64,000 bases of DNA from an uncultured bacterium (GCA_963708045.1 OY970181.1:387740-451739), one strand, 5' to 3'. Positions 1 to 9,042 are shown, numbered from the stretch's first letter. Made by a program: numbers and translations. The notes: generated by a model not told the origin, from the sequence alone.

Positions 1-1
1 C

Positions 2-667
2 TATTTTGCAGTGGCGATTGTTTTGCTTGGTGGTGCGTTCCGACATAATCCGCTTGATATAGCTCGGGATAAATCAGTGGTGAAGCCGGAGTTTGTTTGT
101 CGCGCCGAAGGCGACCAAACTTGTTGTTTGGCCAAGTTGGCAAAAAAACAGACGTCGCTTGATCTCAACTTCAAATTGCCGCCTGGTATGTTTACCGTGA
201 CAACCAGCGTGATGCCGGACAGCGTTGAACACTGCTACGTGTCTGAGGAGAGTTTTTTTGGTGAGCCAAACAGTTTAATTAGAAATTCGAATCGTTTTAT
301 TACAAATCCGGTTCGCAGTATCTTTGTTGAACATAGTTTCGGGCTCGTTGATAAAAGCGGGCATACTCACGCGGGGACAGACTTTGAGTCTGAACCCAAC
401 GAGGATGTTAAGGCGGGGGTTGCCGGAACTGTATCGGTCGGAAAGACGCCACGGGGGGAAAGTTTTGTGACGGTGCACGGCGACGGCAAGCAGGGGGTAA
501 AGGATGTTACCTACATTCGTCTTTCGTCGGTCGCTGTTTCCGACGGCGACAAAGTGGAGGCCGGCAAGGTGATTGCCAAGACGGGAAGCGATGACAACCT
601 GCACGTTCAAGTGACAAATCCACAAGGCAAAACCATCAACCCTTGCTCAGTAATGGAGTGTCAGTAG
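2..667 (+). CDS. M23 family peptidase (LytM domain), 5'-partial at window edge
   Basis: Frame is open to position 1. Contains HxxxD (HTHAGTD) and HxH (HLHVQV) motifs typical of M23 metallopeptidases. Confidence 0.55.
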   Translation, partial: YFAVAIVLLGGAFRHNPLDIARDKSVVKPEFVCRAEGDQTCCLAKLAKKQTSLDLNFKLPPGMFTVTTSVMPDSVEHCYVSEESFFGEPNSLIRNSNRFITNPVRSIFVEHSFGLVDKSGHTHAGTDFESEPNEDVKAGVAGTVSVGKTPRGESFVTVHGDGKQGVKDVTYIRLSSVAVSDGDKVEAGKVIAKTGSDDNLHVQVTNPQGKTINPCSVMECQ

Positions 668-669
668 TT

Positions 670-1011
670 ATGACAAACGAAGGCGGACACACAAGTTTGG
701 AAAACGCTGATTTACCGAGCGAGGATCAAGCACGGAACGAGGGAGTTAGTGGTTTGGCCATTGGAGCGTTCATATTCGTGTTGCTTGCATTCATTATGTC
801 GGCCGTAGATAAAGGAGGTGATCATCGCGGTTGGTCTCCAACCGAGACGATCGAATGCTGGAACCGGCGACAGCGGGTTTTTGGGCGAGTGAACGCCGAA
901 GCGCTCAAGGCAGAATCGTCTGCCAAACGCGGAGTAAGTCCATCGGGACTCCTCCGCGTTTTATTTTTAAAAAATCGTCTCAATTTAGAGCAAATAAAAT
1001 GTCTAATCTAA
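670..1011 (+). CDS. hypothetical small membrane protein (doubtful 3' part)
   Basis: ATG at 670 follows the M23 gene. One predicted TM segment (LAIGAFIFVLLAFIMSAV). The 3' end reads through an intrinsic terminator hairpin at 926-974, so the ORF may be shorter or spurious. Confidence 0.25.
   Translation: MTNEGGHTSLENADLPSEDQARNEGVSGLAIGAFIFVLLAFIMSAVDKGGDHRGWSPTETIECWNRRQRVFGRVNAEALKAESSAKRGVSPSGLLRVLFLKNRLNLEQIKCLI
926..974 (+). terminator. intrinsic terminator hairpin (copy 1 of repeated terminator module)
   Basis: aacgcggagtaagtccatcgggactcctccgcgtt followed by T-run. A near-identical hairpin occurs at 2608-2646. Confidence 0.5.
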
Positions 1012-1034
1012 GCCATTTAATTAGTATAAAATAC

Positions 1035-1063
1035 TTGACAAAATCATAAGGATGTGTTATTAT
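1035..1063 (+). promoter_or_regulatory. sigma70-like promoter (TTGACA-17-TATTAT)
   Basis: Consensus -35 TTGACA at 1035-1040, 17-nt spacer, and -10 TATTAT at 1058-1063. Confidence 0.45.
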
Positions 1064-1069
1064 ATTTTG

Positions 1070-1199
1070 TTGACAATTGAGGGAGAGAGACCCGAGGCCA
1101 ATGGGAAAAAATGGCCACCTGATTCAGGCATAAGCCTAATCAAAGGACGCATTTGTTGTTGTCTCTAAAGACGAATACAAATGCGTCCTTTTTATTTTC
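1070..1199 (+). ncRNA. candidate small RNA / cis-regulatory leader (promoter to intrinsic terminator, ~130 nt)
   Basis: Strong promoter at 1035-1063. Internal hairpin ggcca(atgggaaaaaa)tggcc. Strong terminator at 1143-1199 (13-bp stem aaggacgcatttg/caaatgcgtcctt plus T-run). No convincing ORF lies between them. Confidence 0.3.
1143..1199 (+). terminator. intrinsic terminator
   Basis: 13-bp perfect stem plus TTTTTATTTT. Confidence 0.6.
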
Positions 1200-1594
1200 T
1201 ACGGGCGACGTGCAACGTGCCACGTGCCAAATCGCGACGACAGATGAGGAGAGGGAACGCTTGAGCAAACTCGCCTTCGGCGATCAGGCTCGGCGCGGCA
1301 TAAGGCCAGATTTTGATCGGCTAACCCTGATCAACTTCAGCCCCAAGCCATTAACGGTGCTCGCTCCGGCGAAACACCTTCATTCCCTTTCTAATCCGTC
1401 GTCGTGAAAAAATTTAAACACTCTACTCATTGACCTATTAAAAGATGGTTTTGCTTGCAGAACTATCTTCAGAGGGGTCAACGCTGTGGTGGTGTTGAAC
1501 TTGTTCTCTGAAACTCCCATGTTGAGTCGCGCCGTAGTGGCGCAAAAAATATGGGCACCGTGTGACTCGGTGTTGCTCTTGAAAGGAGTAAGTC

Positions 1595-2068
1595 ATGTTC
1601 ATGAAAAATGAAATTCAAATTTGTCTCCTGCGAAGCCATTTTGACAGGGTCTGTTTTGCTGGTTTCGCAAAAAAAGAAAACACAGATAATGTTCTGGCGT
1701 GGGAAAGGCAATTCTGTACCTCCTATGATGGGGGTGGAAATTTTCATAACCCTACGACCGTTGTGTCTGTGATTATCTTCTTGAGTGGAGCGCACACCGG
1801 CGAAAAATGGGTTCTTATTTCACCCTGGGGGAAACTTAAGGGCGAGCCCGATACCTACCACAAAGAACTTTTCGACTCAGATCAATTTGTTGATCCACGA
1901 GACCTCGTGGCTGATGCGCTCAATAGTCACGAGAGGAGGGGAGACATAGACGGCTTATCAAAGATTGACCCTAAGCGCGTCCCGGCCGTTTTTGCCGAGC
2001 CGCTTCAGAGAGCCGTCAGAGAAGTCAAAGCAAACTTCGGTCAGGGCGGCGACTTCTTCGGCCAATAG
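1595..2068 (+). CDS. hypothetical protein
   Basis: 157-aa ORF with SD-like AAAGGAG 6 nt upstream of the ATG. No recognisable family. Confidence 0.5.
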   Translation: MFMKNEIQICLLRSHFDRVCFAGFAKKENTDNVLAWERQFCTSYDGGGNFHNPTTVVSVIIFLSGAHTGEKWVLISPWGKLKGEPDTYHKELFDSDQFVDPRDLVADALNSHERRGDIDGLSKIDPKRVPAVFAEPLQRAVREVKANFGQGGDFFGQ

Positions 2069-2112
2069 TGATTGCAAAACACAAACATCGAGTTCGGATA
2101 AGGAGATTTCCA

Positions 2113-2585
2113 TGTCTAAGTACAGTGTTCTGGTTTCAATTCTCAGTCTCGCTATGGTAGCCGGTTGCAAACATGATCGTCCGGCAGTTTCACCACCTCC
2201 AAAGGGTGCGGAGACAGTCGTGGACTGTCAGGTCGCAAACGGACTGGCATACGTAACGCTTTACGGAGATTCCATGCTAACTGGGTTTTCGACGAACGAT
2301 GGCCTCTTTGGTCAGGCGAACATTCACGGCGAAGACGCAACCATCCTTTGTCTCGTCGGCGATGCCACCAATTGGAAACCTATCAAAGATACAACCGGTA
2401 TCTACTGCACGAAGATGAATGAGAAGCGGCAGTTCGTCTATACCGTTCGGGTGGATGACGTTGCTCGCGTGTTCAACTTCGGTGATTTCAACAGCAAGCC
2501 TGTTCGTTGGGTTCTCAGCGATCGCGTGACGGTAACCGGCGAATGCGGTTACTACGTGTATCACGGCGGGTTCGTTAAGAGATAG
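2113..2585 (+). CDS. predicted lipoprotein
   Basis: ATG at 2113 with AAGGAG RBS. N-terminal signal with lipobox LAMVAGC. The ORF track shows a longer upstream-extended ORF, 1965..2585. Confidence 0.6.
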
Positions 2586-2605
2586 CGTCACAACCTCACA
2601 ATCGA

Positions 2606-2646
2606 AAAACGCGGAGTAAGTCCATCGGGACCCTCCGCGTTTTTTA
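2606..2646 (+). terminator. intrinsic terminator (copy 2 of repeated module)
   Basis: aacgcggagtaagtccatcgggaccctccgcg plus TTTTTT immediately after the lipoprotein stop codon. Confidence 0.65.
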
Positions 2647-2649
2647 AAA

Positions 2650-2693
2650 CCTCCCATCTTTACGCGGTCGCGCCAAGATGGGAGGTTTTGTTT
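2650..2693. terminator. bidirectional terminator hairpin between convergent genes
   Basis: cctcccatcttt...aagatgggagg with T-run on the + strand and A-run upstream (T-run on the - strand). Confidence 0.55.
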
Positions 2694-3474
2694 ATTGTTC
2701 GTTTCGCGCGAGGTGGTGGGGGATACCTTCGGCGTAAAGTTTTTGAATTGCTTGGGCGGTCGTTGCACCGCTGTATAAGCGAACTTGGTCTAGTGTCCCC
2801 ACAAAACCATTTACGCCGGAAGAATTATCAGCCCCAATGGTAAATACATGATTGATCACGCTTGCACTAGGACCGGTGGTAAACTCCAAGGCTCCATCAA
2901 CATAACCTTTTATTGAAGTGCTGTCACCTGTTACGACGACAAAATGCCAATTACCGTCGTTAAATTTCCTTGTTCCTGTATAACAGTTAACCGTATCGCA
3001 CATCCTTAGCTTTCCACTGTTGTCTGTTCCGATTGGTTGCCCACCGTTGCCACTACCGGGAGAAAAAATCCATTGATAAGCACCTGTTGATGTTGTTTTA
3101 AGCCAAAGTGAAGAGGTAAAAGAATTAAGCGAGACAGTAAGTGAATTTGCAGTATCAATATGTGTACCATTAAAATATATCGCATTTCCAAAAATACCTG
3201 TTGTATATGTTGAACCGTTGATTGTACCGCCAAGCGTTCCATTATTTCCATTCCCCGATGCGTCAATGATTGTTGTGCCGCTTGTTTCGTCTAATCCCCA
3301 ATCACCAACAATTCGGTCGCCAAGGCCTTGGTAAATATTGACGTCTGATTGTTGCCCCACAGCAAGGCGTGCTTTGCTCCGCGCGGTCGTTAAGGAAACA
3401 ACGGCAATTGTTGAAAGCAGGCCGATTATCGCAATGACGACCAAGAGCTCAATTAAAGTAAAAGCGCGTTTCAT
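2692..3474 (-). CDS. type IV pilin-like protein with C-terminal LamG/concanavalin-like lectin domain
   Basis: N-terminal prepilin cleavage/methylation motif KRAFTLIELLVVIAIIGLLSTIAVVSL. Then a LamG_3-like segment (GDWGLDETSGTTIIDASGNGNNGTL...GNAIYFNG). Confidence 0.8.
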   Translation of the reverse strand: MKRAFTLIELLVVIAIIGLLSTIAVVSLTTARSKARLAVGQQSDVNIYQGLGDRIVGDWGLDETSGTTIIDASGNGNNGTLGGTINGSTYTTGIFGNAIYFNGTHIDTANSLTVSLNSFTSSLWLKTTSTGAYQWIFSPGSGNGGQPIGTDNSGKLRMCDTVNCYTGTRKFNDGNWHFVVVTGDSTSIKGYVDGALEFTTGPSASVINHVFTIGADNSSGVNGFVGTLDQVRLYSGATTAQAIQKLYAEGIPHHLARNEQ

Positions 3475-3497
3475 TGTATTACGGGTAAAGCGCTAAT

Positions 3498-4919
3498 TTA
3501 GAGCGCGCCTTTTCTGCCGATCACGGCAAAGGGAGTTTTAAGGAGAATGATGATGTCGGTTAAAAGTGACCAATGTTCAATGTAAAAATTATCCAAGCGC
3601 ACCTCGTCGGCAAAAGGAATGTTTGACCGTCCAGAAATTTGTGCGAGACCGGTAATGCCCGGGTGAACAGCGAGAACGCGCCGTTCGTGCGATTCGTATT
3701 TTTCCACTTCGCGCGGTTGGTGCGGACGCGGACCCACGAGCGACATCGTGCCACTTAGAACATTAAAAAGTTGCGGTAGTTCGTCCAATGATGTTTCGCG
3801 GATAAAACGTCCAACCTTGGTAACGCGCGGGTCGTCTTTAATTTTAAAGACTGGTCCGGTTTTGATATTTTTTTCTTCAATCAATTTTCTTTCAATTTCC
3901 AAAGCTTTTTCGCCGCCAAATTCCGCGCCCGTAGAAAGTTCGGCAAACATTGAGCGAAATTTAAAAAGCATAAAGCGTTTGCCGTGCTTGCCAATGCGCT
4001 CGTTTTTATAAATGATTGGTCCTTTTGAATTTAATTTAACCGCGATCGCGACCGCAAGAAGAACGGGGGAGAGTAGAATAATTAAAATGAAAGCGCCGAT
4101 AATATCAAAAATACGTTTGGCAATCATTCCCCAGCCTTCAAGCGAGGTGCGGCGAACTTCCACGACTGGCACGCCGCCAACCATCATCGTTTCTATGGAA
4201 GCGCGCTCCGTGCCAAGCAGATCGGCGACGTAACGGAAATCAAGATGATTGTCTACGACAAAGTTTTGAATAGAAAGAATTTTGTCGCGCGGAAAAGTCG
4301 GGTCGGCGATAATGAGCCCGTCTATCAGGTTGCGCTCGCGCATAGCGGCGAGGTCAGCGCGCGTTTGTTCGTCCCAGCGCGGGAAGTGAGCGACAATTTT
4401 ACTTGTCCAACGGAATTGCGAAAGAAAAGTTTTTTCTATGGCATCGCCTGCGACCGATTGTCCGACAAGCGCGAAACGGGTAATGCCAATGCCGGAACGA
4501 GTGAGCAGGTGGCGAACGAAACGAAGAACGGTGCGCAGCGCCAAAACAAAAAATATCGCAAAGACCCAAGCGGCGATAATAATAAAGCGCGAGGCAAAAT
4601 ATTGCCGCTGGAAAAATATTGAAACAATGACAATCGCAATGCCGGTTGAGGAGGCGAGAATGATTCTTGGAAATTCCGATGCCATCCGCCTACGCACGCG
4701 CGGGGAATAGAGGCCGGCGATTGTAAAAACAATAATAAAAACCAGAGCAAAAAAGGCGACGCTCGCGAAGAAGTCGGCGGGCGAGATGGTTGTTGTCGTT
4801 GGAAGGGTTTCGGCAAACGGTCCAAAACGGAGCGAATAAGCGGCCAGCGCGGCTAAAACTAGCGCGGCGTAGTCAAGCGGCACAAGCACGCCGAGAAAAA
4901 ACAAATCAAGTCGTTTCAT
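3498..4919 (-). CDS. exopolysaccharide/undecaprenyl-phosphate sugar phosphotransferase (WbaP/CpsE family)
   Basis: Multi-TM N-terminus. C-terminal bacterial sugar transferase motifs: RFMLFKFRSM, DELPQL, and LVGPRP. Confidence 0.85.
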   Translation of the reverse strand: MKRLDLFFLGVLVPLDYAALVLAALAAYSLRFGPFAETLPTTTTISPADFFASVAFFALVFIIVFTIAGLYSPRVRRRMASEFPRIILASSTGIAIVIVSIFFQRQYFASRFIIIAAWVFAIFFVLALRTVLRFVRHLLTRSGIGITRFALVGQSVAGDAIEKTFLSQFRWTSKIVAHFPRWDEQTRADLAAMRERNLIDGLIIADPTFPRDKILSIQNFVVDNHLDFRYVADLLGTERASIETMMVGGVPVVEVRRTSLEGWGMIAKRIFDIIGAFILIILLSPVLLAVAIAVKLNSKGPIIYKNERIGKHGKRFMLFKFRSMFAELSTGAEFGGEKALEIERKLIEEKNIKTGPVFKIKDDPRVTKVGRFIRETSLDELPQLFNVLSGTMSLVGPRPHQPREVEKYESHERRVLAVHPGITGLAQISGRSNIPFADEVRLDNFYIEHWSLLTDIIILLKTPFAVIGRKGAL

Positions 4920-4959
4920 ATAATCTAATAATATAGGATTGGACGGAAAAGGTTAAGGC

Positions 4960-5230
4960 GATCTGTCTTCGCCCCTCTTTGCAAAAGAGGGGAGTTCGTT
5001 TTGTCATAAATAACTTTAACGTAATAAAACAGAACTCTCCCTACCCTCCCTTTTACCAAAGGGAGGACTAATATTTTTCGCGCCCTTGTCACTCTCTTTG
5101 CAAAAAAGATTTAATTTGAGAATTTTGTTTTTGCCCGTTCTTTGCGAAATGATGTGCTTATAATCTGTAACCAATCTTTGCCCACTCTTTGCAAAAGAGG
5201 GGGTAGGGGGAGTTCGTTTTTCGCGATAGC
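4960..5230. repeat. cluster of related short inverted-repeat hairpins (cccctctttgcaaaagagggg family)
   Basis: Four related copies lie near 4968, 5086, 5135 and 5183. 5033-5052 is an inverted copy of 5203-5222 (gggagggtagggagagttc). Confidence 0.5.
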
Positions 5231-5265
5231 GCTTTCCCGTGAACGAGGCGTGGTAGTTTGTTAAC

Positions 5266-5307
5266 GATTAAAAAACAAACCTCCCCGAGAGGAAGGTTTG
5301 TTTTTTG
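5266..5307. terminator. bidirectional intrinsic terminator (3' of rnpB on the minus strand)
   Basis: caaaccttcctctcggggaggtttg followed by a U-run on the minus strand. Its reverse complement also has a T-run on the plus strand. Confidence 0.6.
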
Positions 5308-5750
5308 TCCGTGCGTCTATAAGCCGAATTCTGTCATCAAGTTTGCTTTCGCAAAATTGAGCAATGGTTATCTATCTGGGATTCATATTGCTATGAACCT
5401 CAAGCGGCCGTACGGCCTTGCACCGAATAGGTGTTTGCACCGGCTGTCATCTCTGACAGTCCCGCGTGAGCTCTTACCTCACGATTTCACCCTTGCTTCT
5501 CCCGTTAAGGAGGTTAGCGGTATGTTTCTGTTGCGTTCCCTTAAGCGTTGCCGTCTAAGGGATACCTTATCTTGCGATAAGACTTTCCGTGGGCTTGGGA
5601 AAAAATTTCTCTCGCGAGAGGCGAAATCATTTCTTGCTCCCCGCCGCTGTTAGCGGCTATTACTTGCCTTACGCCTTGCGGCATAAGAGGTGTTCGGACT
5701 TTCCTAATCAATTCAAATAAATGAATTGAGCAACCATCCGACGCGCGGAC
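5308..5750 (-). ncRNA. rnpB: RNase P RNA (bacterial type A)
   Basis: Minus-strand conserved blocks: GGAAAGTCCGAACAC (P4 5' strand), GGGTGAAATCGTGAGGTAAGAGCTCACGC, GGTGCAAGGCCGTACGGCCGCTTGAGG, and ACAGAATTCGGCTTATAG (P4 3' strand). P1 pairs the 5' gtccgcgcgtc with the 3' gacgcacggac. The ORF 5258..5653 (+) on the track is spurious. Confidence 0.8.
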
Positions 5751-5912
5751 AATGGTGAATATAGCCCATTTTTATGGAAAAGTCAAGGTCTCCGATGTGC
5801 CATATCTGCCCGAGAATGTTTATCGTTCATTGTTCATTGTTCATTCAAGTAATATAATGATTAACGGTTCGGGTCTTGATTTTTTGTTTAAAACGCGCTA
5901 ATATCGTTGGTT

Positions 5913-7877
5913 ATGAAATTTCCAAAATTTGAAGGAAAACAAATCTTGATTTCTTTGGCTTGCGGCGTGCTCGCGGCGGCGTTCATTCTCCTTGGTGTTT
6001 TTGGAACCTCCGAACGCCGAATTCATGATTTTCTTTATCACGCGCGCCAACCGCAACCGGACATTGTCATTGTCGCAATTGATGACGCTTCGTTACAAAC
6101 CGTTGGCCGCTGGATGTGGGATCGCGCTACGTTTGTAAAACTATTAAGCAATCTCGCGCCCGCAAAAATAATCGGGCTAGATATAAATTTTCCCGAAAGC
6201 TCGCCCACGCCAAACGCTGACGCGTCACTCGCGGCAATAATTTCCTCGCTCGGCAAAGTTGTTTTGCCGACCGACATAACTTACTTGGCTGATAATAAAA
6301 CTGTGGCGCATGCGACGACGCCAATCCCATTGCTTGCAAGCGCGGCTGTTGCTATCGCGCACACGAGCGTGCTCCCTGATCTTGATGGTATTTTACGACG
6401 TTTGCCGCTTGTTGTTTCGGCGCCCGATGGCAATACCTATCACGCCCTTGGGGAGATTGTTGCTCGTCGCGCTGGCGCTCGCGTAGAAAATTATCCGTTG
6501 GATGCTAAAGGGATGATGCTTGTTCCATATTCTGGCGCGCCTGGACGCATCCGTACCGTTTCCGCCGCTGACGTTCTTTCCGGCCGCTTGCCGCCCGAGT
6601 CTTTCCGAAATCAAATCGTGATGGTCGGCGGCACCTCGGCGATTTTTCGCGACCAGTATCGCGTCCCGACTTCGTCGGGCGCGCTAATGTCTGGCGTTGA
6701 AGTGCAAGCCAATCTTGCCGACGCTTTTCTTTCGGGAAATTTTTTCTATGAAGTCTCACCGTTTCTTGCCGCGCTCATTTGTTTATTGCTCTTGTTTGTT
6801 GTCGGCATAATTTTTGCCGCGGCGCGAACGCGAACGGCGATAATTTTTACGGTTGCAATTTTTGTCGCTTACTTTGTCGCTTACGGCGTCTCGGCTTTCT
6901 TTGGATATTTTTTACCAATAATAAATATCGCGCTCGCGCTGCTGCTTGCGTGCGTTTCGCTCATAATTTTCCGCTACGCAAAAATGACCACCGAGCGGCG
7001 CCATCTGCGGTCGGCTTTTGAAAAATATGTTGCCCCGTCGGTTATTAATTCGGTAATGGCGCATCCGGAAAAATTAGCGCTTTCGGGCGAACGCCGCAAA
7101 ATGTCGGTGCTTTTTACCGATCTCCGCGGCTTTACTACTCTTTCCGAAAAATTAAATCCGTCCGACATTATCAAAATTTTAAACGGTTACCTGAACGCAA
7201 TGACGGAAATAATTTTTGACGAACATGGCGTCGTGGACAAATATATGGGTGATTCCATAATGGCTTTTTGGGGCGCGCCGATTGACGATCCGCATCATGC
7301 CGAACGGGCGATTCGCGCCGCCATCCGAATGCGCGACCGGGTAAACGAGCTTAATCATTCTGACTATTTCGGCGCTGGCGTCACGCTTCGGGCCGGGGTT
7401 GGCGTTTCCACGGGCGAAATGATTGTTGGTAATATGGGCTCCAATCGCCGCTTTGACTATACGGTTATTGGCGACACCGTTAATCTTGGTTCACGCGTTG
7501 AAGGTCTCAACAAAACTTACGGCACGGAAATTCTCGTTACCGAAGAAACGGTTAAAGGTTTGCCGCACGACTATATTGTTCGTCAGCTTGACCGTGTCGC
7601 CGTAAAAGGGAAAAACGAACCAGTGCGGATTTATGAAGTTATTGGTTTTCGTCAGCACGCCGCGCCGGAAGTGATGGATAAACTTGATCGTTTTGCGCGG
7701 GCGCTCGCGCGCTATGAAGCGCGCGATTTTCACGGGGCGTTTATTCAGTTTGGTGATATTCTCGCCTTAAATCCGTCCGACGCGCCGTCCAATGTTTTTT
7801 GGGAACGCTCAAAATATTTTATGGAAAACCCGCCGCCCGCCGATTGGAACGGAGCGTGGGTGATGATTACTAAATAG
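5913..7877 (+). CDS. CHASE2 sensor domain-containing class III adenylate/guanylate cyclase
   Basis: N-terminal CHASE2-like extracytoplasmic domain, then 3 TM segments. The C-terminal cyclase domain has the motifs FTDLRGFT, GDSIMAFWGAP and IGDTVNLGSRVEG. ATG at 5913; the track ORF starts at a TTG at 5907. Confidence 0.85.
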   Translation: MKFPKFEGKQILISLACGVLAAAFILLGVFGTSERRIHDFLYHARQPQPDIVIVAIDDASLQTVGRWMWDRATFVKLLSNLAPAKIIGLDINFPESSPTPNADASLAAIISSLGKVVLPTDITYLADNKTVAHATTPIPLLASAAVAIAHTSVLPDLDGILRRLPLVVSAPDGNTYHALGEIVARRAGARVENYPLDAKGMMLVPYSGAPGRIRTVSAADVLSGRLPPESFRNQIVMVGGTSAIFRDQYRVPTSSGALMSGVEVQANLADAFLSGNFFYEVSPFLAALICLLLLFVVGIIFAAARTRTAIIFTVAIFVAYFVAYGVSAFFGYFLPIINIALALLLACVSLIIFRYAKMTTERRHLRSAFEKYVAPSVINSVMAHPEKLALSGERRKMSVLFTDLRGFTTLSEKLNPSDIIKILNGYLNAMTEIIFDEHGVVDKYMGDSIMAFWGAPIDDPHHAERAIRAAIRMRDRVNELNHSDYFGAGVTLRAGVGVSTGEMIVGNMGSNRRFDYTVIGDTVNLGSRVEGLNKTYGTEILVTEETVKGLPHDYIVRQLDRVAVKGKNEPVRIYEVIGFRQHAAPEVMDKLDRFARALARYEARDFHGAFIQFGDILALNPSDAPSNVFWERSKYFMENPPPADWNGAWVMITK

Positions 7878-7911
7878 GTGTTAGGGGTTAGCGTTTAGGG
7901 TTTAGTTAAAA

Positions 7912-7946
7912 AAATTCTCCCCGCCAGAGGCGGGGAGAATTTTTTA
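7912..7946 (+). terminator. intrinsic terminator
   Basis: ttctccccgcc agag ggcggggagaa plus TTTTTT. Confidence 0.6.
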
Positions 7947-7947
7947 T

Positions 7948-8047
7948 GGCGTCATTCCGAACCCGTGATGTTGTTTTGTCTAGGGTGAGGAACCTCAAGG
8001 CAGGAATTGAGACGTTGAGATCCCTCGCTCGCGCTCGGGATGACGAC
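7948..8047 (+). repeat. MITE-like ~105 bp repeat, copy A (GTCATTCCGA...CTCGGGATGAC)
   Basis: Shares termini and internal blocks (GAGACGTTGAG, CCCTCGCTCGCGCTCGGGATGAC) with 7 other copies in the window. Confidence 0.6.
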
Positions 8048-8049
8048 GA

Positions 8050-9042
8050 TTAAAACCCTATTTTCTCCCTCACCATTTTCATCGTCTCTTCGGCCTTGGC
8101 GCGGGCGCGCTTGCCGCCGGCGGCAAAAACTTTTTTAACATAATTTGGATTTTTAAGAAGTTCGGCGCGCCGCGTTCTAAAGTCGGCAAAGTAAGCGATA
8201 ATGTGGTCGGCAACGGCGTCCTTGAGTTCGCTGTAGCGAATTGAACCATCGGCGTACTCGCGTTCAAACTTTTTAACTTCATCGGCTGGACCGAATTCGG
8301 TAAATAATTCAAAAAGGTTGCGAACGCCTGGCGGCATTGTGCCCGCGACTGCAGCGGTGGCGGTTACGGCTTTTCTTACCTTAGCGCGAATTTCATCGGG
8401 GGAGTCAGTAAGGAAGATCGCCGAATTGGCGACCGACTTGGACATTTTTCTTTCCGGAAAATTTAGCGACATCACGCGCGCTGTTTTGGTAAGTAGTGGT
8501 TTTGGTTCGGCAAAGGTTTCGCCAAAACGGTTGTTCCAAAAACGGGCAATGTCGCGAGTAAGTTCAACGTGCTGGACCTGATCCTCGCCAACCGGCACGC
8601 GGTTGCCGCCGTAGATAAGAATGTCGGCGGCCTGGAGGACGGGGTAATTCATTAGTCCGGCGTTGACGCTTTTTTCTTTGGCCACATAATCCTTGTACTG
8701 TGTCATCCGCTCCAAAAACGCGACCGGCGTAACGTTTTCAAACATCCAGCAGAGCTCGGTTGTTTCCGGAACGTCCTTCTGGAAAAAGAGTGTAACTTTT
8801 TTTGGATCAAGTCCGAGCGCCAGCAGATCAACAGCCATATCTGCCGCATAGGCTTTATAATTTATAAATTCTTCGTGCTGGGTCATTGCGTGATAGTCGG
8901 CAATGAAAACATACATGCGTCCGGAATATTCTTTTTGCAGATCAACAAGTTGACGAAGCATTCCCAAATAAGTGCCAAGGTGCGCAACGCCTGTTGGTTT
9001 TAGACCGGTAACAATAGTTTCTTTGTCGTTTGGCATAATCAA
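8050..9042 (-). CDS. trpS: tryptophanyl-tRNA synthetase
   Basis: Class I aaRS. HLGTYLG (HIGH-like) and KMSKS motifs. ~330 aa. Has the FIADYHAMT TrpS signature. Confidence 0.85.
   Translation of the reverse strand: MIMPNDKETIVTGLKPTGVAHLGTYLGMLRQLVDLQKEYSGRMYVFIADYHAMTQHEEFINYKAYAADMAVDLLALGLDPKKVTLFFQKDVPETTELCWMFENVTPVAFLERMTQYKDYVAKEKSVNAGLMNYPVLQAADILIYGGNRVPVGEDQVQHVELTRDIARFWNNRFGETFAEPKPLLTKTARVMSLNFPERKMSKSVANSAIFLTDSPDEIRAKVRKAVTATAAVAGTMPPGVRNLFELFTEFGPADEVKKFEREYADGSIRYSELKDAVADHIIAYFADFRTRRAELLKNPNYVKKVFAAGGKRARAKAEETMKMVREKIGF

Noticed and set aside
1153-1407. 84-aa + strand ORF.
   Set aside because: Its start lies inside the terminator hairpin at 1143-1199. There is no RBS and the translation has no recognisable features. 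It is more likely a non-coding leader.
5258-5653. 131-aa + strand ORF from the ORF track.
   Set aside because: It overlaps the minus-strand RNase P RNA (rnpB, 5308-5750) almost completely. It has no RBS, and its translation is low-complexity.
7880-7905. Telomere-like ttaggg/ccctaaa repeats.
   Set aside because: The runs are short and interrupted (2-4 units), embedded in intergenic palindromes of a circular-type bacterial genome. Other spacers use different words with the same architecture, so they are not telomeric.
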